The notes under the pieces were generated by a model that ran no database searches, was not told where the DNA came from, and saw nothing but the letters and a program-made list of their open reading frames with translations. Shown here piece by piece: positions 12,001 through 24,371 of a stretch of 64,000 bases of DNA; the first letter of the stretch is position 1; every line of letters begins with the position of its first letter. A program made the position numbers and the translations under genes. Origin of the DNA: Glaucostegus cemiculus (taxonomy: Eukaryota); the NCBI GenBank assembly GCA_976551045.1, contig CDPCPM010000022.1, positions 4,836,001 through 4,900,000 of the forward strand. Direction: 5' to 3'.

Positions 12001-14154
12001 CCGCATAGAAAACTGGGCTATAACGTACTAACCTAGTCCCTACCCCGTCTCATCACTTTCAGTCTCCTAATATTTCCACCTACCAGATCCAGACCTGTAG
12101 GGCCTACCTTGCTGGTTCAAACCATCTTGAACTTCAGCAATGTGACCTTCAGTGGTGCACTGTGAAAGTCACATCATGTGTCCCTGAAATCTTCAACAGC
12201 TATCTATCCTGTTCCTCCAGCCTTACTGGTTGTAAACATTTTCCTTAATAGCTTTTAAATAACTCTGATTTACAGACATTTAAAGATTATTAAAATGAAG
12301 TACATAATAAAAATAATTAATAATTAATCATTTTTATAAAAATAGTTTGGTAAAAACAGTAAACTAAAGCATTAAATAATTAAAACAAGGAACTTGCCTT
12401 CTCCTTTCTCCTCTTCCCACAGCTCTACAATCTCCATTATCGGTCATCCCTGGCACAAATTTCGAGACCATACGTGCTGGGAAATCTCACAAGAAGGATA
12501 TCTCCAGATGATGCTCTCAGGGCACAAATATGGTGCCTTGTAATGTTCAGCAGATTTAGTGACTTCCATTTTTAATGATGCTGGACTACTAGCATTTAAC
12601 ATAGTGGATCACTGGCATACTGGCAAAGAACTGCTGAAGACAATGTTGTGCAAGAGGAAGGCCACATACAATATACCCTACCATTCATCTAATGGTACCT
12701 AATTTGTCAGGTTATTTAGTAGTGGCTCAGGAGAGGAGAGAGGAATTGTGGAGGTCTCCCTTAGACTGAAGGGTGGTGAAATTGTAATCTTTTGTATGCT
12801 TACTCTGCCACAGGCGCACATTTATTCCTTGCTACTGTTGGGTACAATCTTTGGAGCTATAGACATTATTTTGGAACAACTGTGGAAAGCTCTGCAGACA
12901 ACATCTGTGCGGAGGTTACCACTGAAGTATGCAACTGCTCTTTCATCTGTAAAGTACAGATCTGTAAAGTGCAACGATCTAGCAAGCATTGCTTGGTAAA
13001 GAAGAACATTAACCAGATTCATTGTTTTAAAAGCACTGGTATCTACAGTGTTCCTGAAAATAATGATAAATACTTGGGAAAAAACATGGTTGTCCAACTG
13101 GCTGCAAGGTCACTGTTGCAGCCTTACAACATAAGACACTACTTCAGAACTTTCCGCTCTTCTGCAGATAGATTCCATGGCACAGCTGGAAGATCAGCTC
13201 CTGAATTTGAAATTCCCCCAAGTCTAGAACATCCTCAAGGATTGGAGAACACTTCTGTTGTGAGTGAACATGCTCTCGGACCAGAGTTGCACCACAATTA
13301 GAAAATCCATACTGTTATCTCCTACAGACTGTTATCTCCACAACATATATGTAATATACACACAGTACTTTCATGTTCATACTTGTGGTCTTGGCAATAT
13401 TTGTTCATCTTCTGTACACAAGTATGTCAAAAAATTATAGATGTATTATTTAGCCAGGTTAACAAATGCATTATGTTTTCCACTGATCAGCATCATCAGT
13501 AGGAGGGGGTGCACAGCTCTACCTGCCTACTGACTATTCATGAACATAATTGTGCTTATTCTTCTATCTATATATAATGCTGTAGCCTCCTTGATTAGGC
13601 GAACTTTCATTCTATATGTAGTTAATTTGTGAAGAATCTTCCAAGTTTTCTGGTGACCCTGCAATGATTTTACTTTGCACCAATCATCTGTGCCAATCTA
13701 ATTTGAAAGAAGAGAGTAGAACTACAACTCCTGAGAGATCAGAACCACACTTGTGCCAAGTCATGGATAGATGCAGGGTGGAGATATAATGTGATTCATG
13801 CTGTTGCAAGGATAATTATAGAGCAAGCAACTCAAATCTTGAAACAACACAGTAACACTTCAGATGTCTTGACGGATCATGGGGTGTCTTTCAGTATAGG
13901 CACTCATGAAGCACTGCCATCTGCTGCATGATGTGTAAGTTTGTTCTTCAATAGGTCTTACTGTAAACCACAAGGAGCATGCCAAAGCTGGGAGATGATA
14001 ATAACTGGGGTGGAGGAGAGTGTTGACGAAGGACCAGTATAACATAGAAAATCTGTGTGCACTATTCCAATTTTAAAATCTCTCGGAGCAGCTCCAGATA
14101 AATTCCAGGCTCATATATCCTTCTGACTTCAGTGTAGGAATTTACATCTGAAAA

Positions 14155-14350
14155 TCTTTCACAACCCCCAAAAGTCTCAAAGCAGCTTCAAAGGCAATGT
14201 AGTATTTCTGAAACATAGCCACAGTTGTAATGCAGAGAAACATGGTAACCAATTTGCATACTAAAGTCCTAGGAACAACAGTGAGATAAATGACCATTTG
14301 AATCGAGAAGTCCACTGCCATGGGCCTTGGTTTAACATGCCAGCTGAGAA
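14155..14350 (-). mobile_element. Deu-domain (SacSINE1-like) SINE fragment
   Basis: 'ctttcacaacc...caaagcagcttc...gttgtaatgcagagaaacatggtaaccaatttgca...gggccttggtttaac' resembles the reverse strand of chondrichthyan Deu-SINEs. Recognised by eye. Confidence 0.55.
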
Positions 14351-14384
14351 CCCAAATTCATGTTTATCAGATCTGTTTCCTCTT

Positions 14385-17240
14385 CTCAGCTTGCCCTTCT
14401 GGAATGAGGGTGACTTGCTTCCATTCATGTTCTGTGGGTTCTGAGGTGAATGATGTGGGACCTGCAGGTTTTGCCACAGGTGGAGCAGGATGTTCTTGGT
14501 GAATTAGGCAGGGCTATAGTGTAGGAGATGGTGTGCTCCTTTTGCCATTTGTACACTGGCCTGGGAAAGGACACTGGCATTGGTTTGATTATCCTGTCAG
14601 TGGATTTGAGAATTTTTCACTGAGACTATTTCCAGTGCTTTGAGGTACCTGCTGAGATAACTACCCAGAAGCATATGAGAGGTCAAGAATCACCGTTGCT
14701 TGGTAGAACACAGGTTTTGTATTGGGTGTGATTTCTTGATCTTGAAACACTTTTTTCCTCAGACAGCTAAAAGTTGTGCTGGTGCACTGAAGATTGTGAT
14801 GAATTTTATCAGCAGCATCTGCCTTCACTGAAAGATTATTCCCAGCATTTGGGAAGTGCTCCATGTTTTCCAAGGTCTTGTCTTAGACTTTAATTTATGC
14901 AGGGTGGAAATGAACACTCACAACAGGAGGGGAGATAACATCTATTTTGCATATGTTCAGTGGAAAGTCCACCCTCTCATAACGGGTGATCAACAATGAC
15001 ACAAAGGCACAAGAGACAGCAGATAATGGAATCCGGAGCCAAAAAAAAAACAAACTACTGGAGGAACTCAGCAGGTTAGGCAGCATCTGTAGAGGTAGAG
15101 GGATGGTCAACGATTGGGTTGAGACCCTGCAATGGGACTGAGAGTGTAGAGAGGAGATAACCAGTGTAAGGGAGTGAGAGGGAGGGATGAGACAGGAGCT
15201 GATAGGTGATAGTGGAATCAGGTGAGGAGGGGGATGATGGGCAGTTAGATCCTGGATGGGGGAGATGAGTAGAGGCATTGGAAGATAGCAGTTGGTGACA
15301 TGAGGTTTGCCTCCTGGTAGTCACATAAGTGAGTATCATCTTCACACCACAGTTCATCGACTGAAGTTGAGTGAAGACAACATAGGTTGAACTGTTTCCC
15401 ATTAGATTAGTTCCACTCCAGCAGGAAGTTTGATAGTGGTGAGGAGCAATGACACAGCCTGGCCAAGCATCCTTCTGCATTGAGATTGGATATGTTGTGG
15501 ACCTATATGTTAAGGTTATGCCCTGCATGCAATCATGGAGCAAATGCAACATGAAGACAAATTTCTTCATGCAGCTACAGTTGAAGAGGGTGTTCCATAC
15601 TCTCTCTGATTGACAAAGTCGAAGGCTTTCATGAAGCCATAAAAGGCCGTGAATTGGTGCTATGCCCTATATTTCTCTTGGAAAAGCCACAAATTAAACA
15701 TCATGTCCACTGTGTTTTTAGGTGGATGGAATTGACAGTGAAATTCAGAAAGCAGCTCTACAGCCATTGGGAGGAAGCTATTAATGATGACCCATGCAAT
15801 GAATTTCCTTATGACAGCCGGTAGAAGAGATAGCAGCAAATTGGATTTCTCTCCTTTCCTAAAGCTGGTCACAATCACATTTCTGAGGTGTCCTGACATA
15901 TCAGCCTCTTCCTAAATGTAGATGAAGTTGTGAATTTATGAATGAAGTTCTTCCATGCCAAGTTTCAGAAGTTCAGCAGAATACTCTCTGTTCCCAAGGC
16001 CTTGTTGCTTTCCAATTAGCATATGGCCTTTTCAGCTTCTTAGTTGGAGTGGTGGTGAGGCTCAACTGGAAAGTTTGCTGTGGAATGAAATCAAGGACAA
16101 CAATGAAAAGACGGAGTAAAGTTGGGAAGCTCTTCAAAATGCTCCTTCCAGCAGGCAGTGCCTACCTCTCTATTCTAGATATATTCACCTCTGTCTTTGC
16201 TGTTGGTGATGTGGGGCTTTGGATGTTTGCATGTGGATGGCCTTGAAATCATTGAAAGAGCCATGCATGTCATAACTGTCAGTGAGTTGCTCAGACTGTT
16301 GCACTCTTCCATCAGTTTCTTAGGTCATAGGTTGTTGCTTTTCCCTTGAGACATGGTGGAGTTGCCAAGCCAGGAATGCTTTGCATTTGCTGCTTATAAG
16401 TCCTGAGTCTCCAGGTCATTCTCATAAAATCACTCCTGTTCTTTCTGGTAGAGAAGCCAAGAGTCTCTTCACAAGTGCTAATCATATCACAAGACTGTCC
16501 AGGCACTGTGTACACTGAAGTTCCCTTTGGCCAGGAGTCATCAGGTTGTCTGTGAGGCACTGTCTGAGAACAGCTATTGTTGCAAAGTCCTTGAGAGTTT
16601 CAACATTAATTTTCTTGTGGCAATATGTCTGTTGATGCTATGTTGGGGCCAGACTGATAGAGGTAACAAAGGGAATTAGGTGGTGATCAAACCAACTGTC
16701 AATGGTACCTGTCACAGCACAACTAATGTGGACATCCTTGCAGTGCCTTGTTCACTTGTTGTAACAGATGCTTGGGAAGGGATTGTTGCCATGAAACCAT
16801 ATCTTTATCTCTTTGGTGAAACAAGTTTTGGCTCTGACATAACCATTTTTCATGCATATTGTCAGGAGAAGGACCCCAATAGAGTTAGCCTTCTCTACTC
16901 CCTACTGATCAGAGAGTTGCATCTTTTCCCATTCTGGCAGTGAATCTGGCCTGACCAGGAGGATCAGTTCCTTTTCCATTAAGAGGTTCTTTCAAGATCA
17001 AAGTAGGTGTGCTCCTTGGCCTTATCTGTAGCCTGAAGGGTTGGAACATATGTGCTGAAGTTCATAGTGTATTCTTTCCACATTAGAGTGAGCTGTAAAA
17101 TCAAGAGGTGTTCACCTTTTCCCAATGGGAGAGACTTTCAGTTGCTAGAGATCCTCATCTTTGACAGTGAAGTCCATTCTGTGGAAACAGAGTTCCTCTT
17201 CTTTTATAGGTTAGTTCTCCTCTTCTTTTACCCATAGAGT
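14385..17240 (-). mobile_element. RTE (BovB-like) LINE, heavily degraded
   Basis: ORF 14661-14873 (ENMEHFP...LSVKAD...LRKKVF...TK..YQATVI) and ORF 15660-15899 (IVTSFRKGEKS...TVDMMF..FQEK) match RTE RT motifs in order. Confidence 0.85.
15000..15300 (-). mobile_element. Penelope-like element terminal repeat (pLTR) inserted in the RTE
   Basis: 'ctggaggaactcagcaggttaggcagcatctg...gttgagaccctg...ggactg' followed by a purine-rich tract. Reverse-complement homolog of 46080-46465. Confidence 0.75.
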
Positions 17241-17299
17241 GGTTAGAATGTGGAACTTTGTATCACAAGATGCAGCATTGAATTTTTAACAGGACACTA

Positions 17300-17452
17300 A
17301 GTAAACACAGGAAGGAGAAAGGAAGAGATGGTTATGCTGAGGTGGTTAATGAAATAGGTGTGGGAGGTGGCAAGCATGGAGCTTAAGGCGAGGCATGGAC
17401 CACTTAGGTTGAACAGCCAGTTTCTATGCTGTGCATTGAACATGAAACTATG
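17300..17452 (+). mobile_element. CR1-type 3' tail fragment
   Basis: 'ggcatggaccacttaggttgaacagccagtttctatgctgtg' resembles the CR1 terminal motif. Confidence 0.5.
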
Positions 17453-18589
17453 AAATACGTTCCACTGACACTGACAATCTTCTGACAATTTCCTTAAAAG
17501 AGGTAATTTGAACCATGAGCATCCTAGTAATTCTGCTAATTGCCCACTTATGCTTTTCCCAAATGAAGTCAAAGGATAGCAGGAATATGTGTAAACTCCA
17601 GTTTATTTACTTTTCCATGCAGGCAAAATTTACCTGCACGACAGGTGACATTGGCTAGTAGCATTGTCTGACAGTTTAAGCAGGGACCCCTTTCATCTAT
17701 GAGGGCTATGTGGGCTACATAAGAGATCATTCATCTGGAAGGCCAGTAGAAAGCAGATTATTTATTGGTTAGATCAGAAGCTAAAAGCTTTTTTTAGGTA
17801 CATCCATTCCTGTGGTTGCATACTCTAGATATTCTAAAGCCTTGCTTTGTTTTGAAGAAAGTGGTATTGGATAATTGCCACTGTTGAAAGTGATCTGATT
17901 GGAGCCTGTAATTCATTGTGAAGCTCTTCTGTTTTCAAAGCATGGAAACCAGACTCACAGGAGTTTGGAAGCACATCAGAAGAGTTTTGCCATGCCACAG
18001 ACACTCGCTCAGATAGCCTAATTAGCAAGGCAGATATAATGTCATGCAACATTTTAGTAAAACCTGGATTTGGATTTCAAGTGCCCTCTGTTCCTCAATA
18101 CTCTCTAAGACACCACCATCTATGCCATGTGACCTGGACTCATTACTGCTCCTAAACTGCATCACCTCATATTTGTCTGGATTAAACCAAGGTCATGCAG
18201 CACATTAGCAGAAAAATTTACAGGGTCCGTTTTAGTCTGCAACAGGAATTGCCAGTGGGGGGCTGAAGTATGAGGAATATATGACTCTGTCCCACAGAGG
18301 TCTTAAAATTCCCTAGGTTTCATTTACAGGTTTCAACTCTGCCCCAAGCTAACAAGAAAAAAAGGCATTGGAATCAGGGTAGGACTTTCAGCACCCCAAC
18401 CCTGTTCTGCCATTTATTTAGATACTTAATAAATATATCACAACTCTTAATATCTATATTCTTTGATACATTTATTGGTCTGGTATAGGAAACATTGCCA
18501 TGAAATCTTGAATTAACTGAACACGTGCAAGTTCTTAAGGAGACAGACAGATAAAAATTTCTACTGTCCTTTGCATGCCACAACTACTA

Positions 18590-18888
18590 GGGCAGGCACG
18601 GTAGTGTAGCAGTTTTTACAGTGCCAGCAACCTGGGTTCAATTCCGGTCGCTGTCTGTAAGGAGTTTGTACGTTCTCCCTATGTCTGCGTGGGTTTCCTC
18701 TGGGTGCTCAGGTTTCCTCCCACATTCCAAAGACGTATGGGTTAGGAAGTTGTGGGCATGCTATGTTGGCGCAGGAAATGTAGTGACACTTGCGGGCTGC
18801 CCCAGAACATTCTACGCAAAAAGATGCTTTTCACTGTATGATTCGATGTATATGTGACTAATAAATATCTTATCTTATCTTATCTTAT
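18590..18888 (+). mobile_element. SINE family A, near full length
   Basis: Head 'gggcaggcacggtagtgtagc', B box 'ggttcaattcc', V-core, tail 'aataaatatcttatcttatcttatcttat'. Confidence 0.92.
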
Positions 18889-19465
18889 CACAGCGAAGCA
18901 CCTGGTAGGCTGCTGCCTCACAGTTCTAGTGACCCAGGTTCAATAACCTCTTAAGCTGTCTTTCTTTCTTTTTCAATCTTTTTATTGATAACAAATCATT
19001 ACAGGTTAAGATATATAACAACAATGTTTACACATGTATTATATAAATATCAAATAAATCGTAGATAATCATAAAAAAAAGCAATAAAATATGATGTATA
19101 TAAAAGAAATAATTCCAACAATATCTCAGTTCATAAATGTAATATAAAAAATAAAAAAGAAAAAGATTTGTTATATAATTAGAAGAAAAAAAAACAAAAC
19201 AAAAAAAAACCCCAAAACATTTTTTAAGAAAAAAACAATTTAAAAAATCATAATATAGAATAAATTGAACCAAAAATGAATTTAAAAAAAAGGGAAAAAA
19301 AAAACAAAACAAGAAGAAAAAAAAACTGGGCTAAAATTCAATAGTTCTAGTGACCCAGGTTCAATAACCGCTTAAGCTGTCTGTGTGGAGTTTGCACGTT
19401 CTCCCTGTGGTTGTGTCAATTTTACTCAGTGAGCTCTGGTTTCCTCCCACTTTCCAAAGATGTGC
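18889..19465 (+). mobile_element. Older V-domain SINE, interrupted
   Basis: 'gctgctgcctcacag...gacccaggttcaa' head. The V-core 'tgtgtggagtttgcacgttctccc...ggtttcctcccac' resumes after 19382. Confidence 0.8.
18962..19342 (-). mobile_element. L1-clade LINE 3' UTR fragment (AT-rich) with 40-bp flanking duplication
   Basis: The minus strand ends 'caataaaaagattgaaaaaagaaagaa'. Flanked by direct repeats 18922-18961 and 19343-19382. Confidence 0.7.
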
Positions 19466-19659
19466 ATTGGTCCAGGCAGGTTCTGAACAATATTCTGTAT
19501 AAATGAATCATTTCCTCACTCTGACAGACCAAAACTCTTTACAAAAGGACTTCTTAAAAATTACTTTATGTATTTGATCTCATTACAGAAGAGAGGGAGC
19601 CAAAATCAGTGGAGAGTTTGGCTGCCACTAAGGATCCATTAAAAATTATACCCAGTAAG

Positions 19660-19948
19660 ATAAAGAAAGACCAGAGTGGAGGTGTGTGGAGGTGTCGAGC
19701 AAGCGGAGGTTAGTTGTCAAATCCATAATGTAGCAGGTGATTGATTCCTGGGTATTACAGATATTAAGATTGTTTATTTGAGTCGCTATTTAATTTTGTG
19801 GTTTCAAAGTTTTTAGTGTCTTTGTGTCTCTCATTGTTTGTTTCTTTTTTAATGTGACAAGCACCTTGATCTGTGGAGTATGGTATTTCGCTCCTATGCA
19901 TACTGAATGTGTATATAGTGGTGACAATAAAAACTGATTCTGATTCTG
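19660..19948 (+). mobile_element. Retroposon 3' fragment with (gattct)n tail
   Basis: Ends 'gtgacaataaaaactgattctgattctg', like the tail at 9110-9138. The 5' boundary is uncertain. Confidence 0.4.
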
Positions 19949-20234
19949 TTCAAAACTATTTACGTGACCCCAAGAAGAGGACTCACTGCTTCTCCTAGCC
20001 TACGGAAATACAATTTTACTCAGAAGTCCCCAGCTGCCCTCTTTAGAATCAAAATGAGCAAGAACTAGTGGTGCATGCTGACCTTATTTTTGTATTAACA
20101 CAGCAATTCAGAATCTCATACTTCAAATTTCAAAAACAAGGCTCTTTCTCCTCATACAGGCAATTGCTTGGGCTGCTCTCCTCAGGACCCTTATTAAGAT
20201 GGTAGGTTTCTAAAGAATGATTGCAACATCTGCC

Positions 20235-21030
20235 ATTTATTTAGTTGCTTTAAAGTGGCAAGATGCCACAAATCATTTTATAGGATCCTGTTCACCAAAA
20301 TTTGACATCAAGCCTTGTAAGGAGATGAATGGCTAAATGCTGGATCAGTGAGGTAGGTTTTAAAGTGTGTTTTATTGGATGAAAGATTGGTAGAGCAGCA
20401 AAGAGACTTTGGGGGAGATCTCCAGAGCCAAGAACAGTGATAGCAGAATGTAAAGCTATCAATTGTGGAGTGCTTTAACTCAGAGATTATCGAGAGGCCA
20501 AAATTGGAGGATGATAGATATCTTTACAGATTATGCAGCTGGAGAAGATTTAAGAAGAGAAAAGATCATGGAGGGATTTGAAACCAACAATGAGAATTAT
20601 AAAATCAAACTATTAGTTAACTGGGGGCCAATGTATTGCCACAAGGACAGGAATGGTTGATTGAAATTGGTCTGGTGTAAGTTAGGACACAGATCAAAAC
20701 CTAAGGGAGGCCAACCAGGAGAACTTTGCAATGGTAAAGTCTAGAGGCAACAAAGTCATGGATGAGGGTTATAACTGTGGGTGGACTGAGGCAAAATTGG
20801 TGTCAAGAGACGTTGGAGGAGGGAAAAAGGTGGTCATAGCAATAACATGGATATATAGTTTGAATGTTCATTTTGTGGTTAAATTTGACTTGATATTGGT
20901 GGAGAGACTGTTTCATTACTAGATTGTTGCCAAGGAGAGGGATGAAGTTGGTGGATTGAAGTCAGAGTTTATAAAGGGGAATGGGAACAACCAGCTTCAG
21001 ACTTCCTAATATTTGGTTGCAGAAATATAA
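20235..21030 (-). mobile_element. L2-type LINE 3' region, degraded
   Basis: 'aaaatttgacatcaagcc...gaggtaggttttaaag...gggagatctccagagc' and 'aagtctagaggcaacaaagtcatggatgagg' are typical of the L2 reverse strand. Confidence 0.55.
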
Positions 21031-22429
21031 ACAGGTGGCATGAAGTCTGATGTAATTTTCAGATCCTTGCATTTTATGTTGGATGGAGGCAATTAGAATC
21101 AGTCCCACTGATTCTTTGTTACGTTAATGGAGGAAGAAAAGAGCATAAAACGCCAAATGAGGTTCTAGGTTTTGAAAAAAATGAAGAAATACTTGATGTA
21201 CCTCTAAGAATTGTAACCATGAAAAAGGATACAAAGTTTTTTTGCAATGGAACCAAGAATGAGATGGAATATTTGTAAGAACCTTGATAGGAGGTGGAGG
21301 GCTCTATTGCCAATTTTTAGGAAAAAACAATATTTCCTTTTTTTTGTGAATAGTATGAATGCAGCATAGACTTGGTGCTTATCAAAAGAGAAGCAGAGAA
21401 CTGAGAATAACTTGAATAATCTGCTAAGAATTGTTGCTAACACAGTTAGTGAAACCAGAGCAACAATGCTTTGGCTCTATCTCCATCATAGTGCTGCTAC
21501 CTCAGGGGGCTCTGCTCTGGGAATTGAGTCTTGCAAGCCCCGGTGAATACACTGTCACTACATGGCGACAGAGGCTATAAAATAATTTGGAAGCAATGAT
21601 ACAAAATAATGTGGAAAGATATAGGAAAAGGGGATGAGAGTAGATAGCTATAAAGGTCTAGGATGTGTTTAGTGACCAAATGATCAAACAATGTTTGGTG
21701 CAAATGATCAACAATGACAGGCTACAAAACTGTCTGTAATTGATCTGCTACCTTTAAACATCCAGGTAGATTTTCTTTAAACTTCAGTGGCACTGCCTGT
21801 TTTAAACCCCTACTAAAGCTGAAGTTTCTACAGGTGTTTTTAAGTTTCAATGCACAACCATTTTTTGTTTTATTCTAAAGAGGGTTCTGCTGAATTGTTG
21901 AGGTGGAAGTGGGGCTGTAGGGGACAATGACAATTCCCCATATGGATTGTTCTTGGCACATAGATAGAAATTAGAAAGTCTGAACTAAATCTTCCATCAT
22001 TGAATTAAGATGTATGAGTAAGTGATTATATATTTTTGGCTGCATATATTAAAAATCTGAAAGCAATTATTTCCAATATTCCTTGAGGCATTTTAATTTA
22101 TTTTTCACTTTTCAGACACAAGTCAATTGATTTAATATTTAAATTCTGTGATAGAAACACACTATCTTCATGAAGAAGATGTGCAAGACTTGAACTGCAA
22201 TTGAATCTGATATGTCAGCTTCCTAGTTAGAACCAGGTCATTACTTTGCACAGTACATTAGCAATACTGAAGATTATATTTGCAAGGTGAAGCCTCCACT
22301 GAAAGCCTTAGCAATACTGATATTCCTTTCATGTGTACAAGTAATTTACATCTCTAGTCTTATGTGATTCACTTTGGCCATCTTTTTTTGAATTATGACA
22401 AGTACAATAGCCACATGATTACTTTCTGG

Positions 22430-22630
22430 AATAAAAACAGAAAATGCTGGAACAATAGTTTAGGTTCCATCTCTAGAATGAGAAAGTGAGTTAAAGTTTC
22501 AGTTCGATGACCTTGTGTTAGAACTGGGAAAGAGAGAAAATAATTTAAAGTTGCAATTTATTTTCTCTGAGTGCTTTCAGCATTTTCCATTTTTTATTTC
22601 AGTTTTCCAGCAACTGCAGATTTAATTTTT
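22430..22630. mobile_element. Penelope-like terminal fragments in inverted arrangement
   Basis: 'ataaaaacagaaaatgctggaa' and downstream 'ttcagcattttccattttttatttcagttttccagcaactgcag' form an imperfect inverted pair. Confidence 0.5.
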
Positions 22631-22844
22631 TTTTATTGACTATTTTCTGGTGTTTATATTAGGAATTGCAAAAAGTAAAACAGATTTAGTTGCTGGATTT
22701 CTGAAATTAATATTCTTAAGTGGGCAAGACAAAATTGTAATTTTTGTGAGCTCCCATGTTAGTCTTTAGAGCTCCAAGCACATAATTTGTGAGATAGTGA
22801 CATTATTTTAAAAGGTCTGATTTTCTGTTAATCACTAAGAATAT

Positions 22845-23330
22845 ATACATGGATGTTATCTCAGGAAGAGGATATCTGCCATAAAGGGAGTGCAATGAAT
22901 CTTCATTAGATTGATTACTGGGATTAGAAAGCTGTTCAGTGAGTAAAAATGGGTCTACATTTTCTGGAGTTTAGATTAAGGAGGTGATCTCATTGGAAAA
23001 ATAAAGTTTCTATAATGCTTAACAGAATACATGCTGAGAGGTTGTTTGGTCTGACTAGAATGAAAACTCATCAACCCAGAATAAGGAGTTGACCATATTG
23101 GACTGAGATGAGAAGAAATTTCTTTGTTCAGAGGACAGTGAGTCTTTGAAATTCTCTGCCCTTGGGGTTGTGCTTCTATTGATTAACTTTACCAAGATTA
23201 TGATTAATTGCATTTTGGGAGCGAAGGGAATCAAAGGATAAGGATAAGGGGGTGAAAAATGGAGATGATGTAGGCATTTCCCCATGATCTTATTATAAGT
23301 TTCAGCTACTTCAGTGCCTGTTTCATATGT
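22845..23330 (+). mobile_element. Old CR1 3' region
   Basis: 'ctggagtttagattaaggaggtgatctcattg', 'gagatgagaagaaatttctttgttcagagg', 'aagggaatcaaaggata'. Confidence 0.7.
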
Positions 23331-24371
23331 TCAGTGGAATGCTCTTATTGCATATCATCTGTCAGCAGATGTTGGTAAAGAGGCTTTGTTTTTTATTTGT
23401 TTATGATTTTCTAATGGTGATCAAAGTTTTTTGTTAACTGTATTACCTCTGCTGGGCTTTACTTTGGTAATTATTGAATAACATTTTACAGAAGGTGAAT
23501 GTGCATTGTTAGGCTTTTAAACATGCTCAAATGATGGCTGCAGGCACAGAATTGTTAACTTAATAGGAATTAATAGATAAAAAGATTTGTTAATGGAGCT
23601 CTAAAGAACAGATGTATGAGGTTTTAGGGTTTTCAATTTCATTGCATTAAACAAGTGTGCAGATTTTTATCAGGCAGATTTGACTTTACTCTTTTTAATA
23701 CAAACCGACTGTTGCATAAAAGCCACTGTGCTGATTGATGCTTCAGGTAATTAAGGCAGTTAGTAATTGAACTATGCATTCAAAGACAAGATCAGGCTCG
23801 CTCCTCAGTTTGTGTTATAAGGCTGAGTCTGCTTCAACCTATCAAATTTCCTGATGTATCCACCATGTCCACTGCCTGCCAGAGAACTCAAAGAACACCC
23901 TTCTCTATTTTGTTTGCAGTGAATCACTGCTCCCTTTGGCAGCAACAATTCCAAACACAATGCCAATGTAGTATATGCAGCTTTCTTGGTGTTGCTGCTT
24001 TCGTAAGTAACTACAGTCAAGCTCTGCTAATCTGCCGTATTTTGGATAGGTAGTGGACTGGCAGATTTTGCAAAATATTTATACTAATTTAAATTCACAT
24101 TTTTTTGATGTTAGACCATATTATAATAAATATTCCAGTGAACTCAGTAATGTTAAAAGGTTTGGGAAACCACAGCCCTGGCGAGTTTTGGGATGGCGTG
24201 GGAAACATTACCTGTGGGCCAGGTTTCAAACTATCAGTATTTCTGAAATGTGGGATAGTGAAATATTGGAGTTTTTGTTTAAAAAGGGAGAAGGCTATGA
24301 AGATGACACTCTACGTTGAAGGCAGTAACTCTCGATTAAACAGCATTTTCTAATACAACAATGAATCAGTC

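Noticed and set aside
19028-19312. Phe-rich membrane-protein-like ORF
   Set aside because: Low-complexity T-rich L1 3' UTR.
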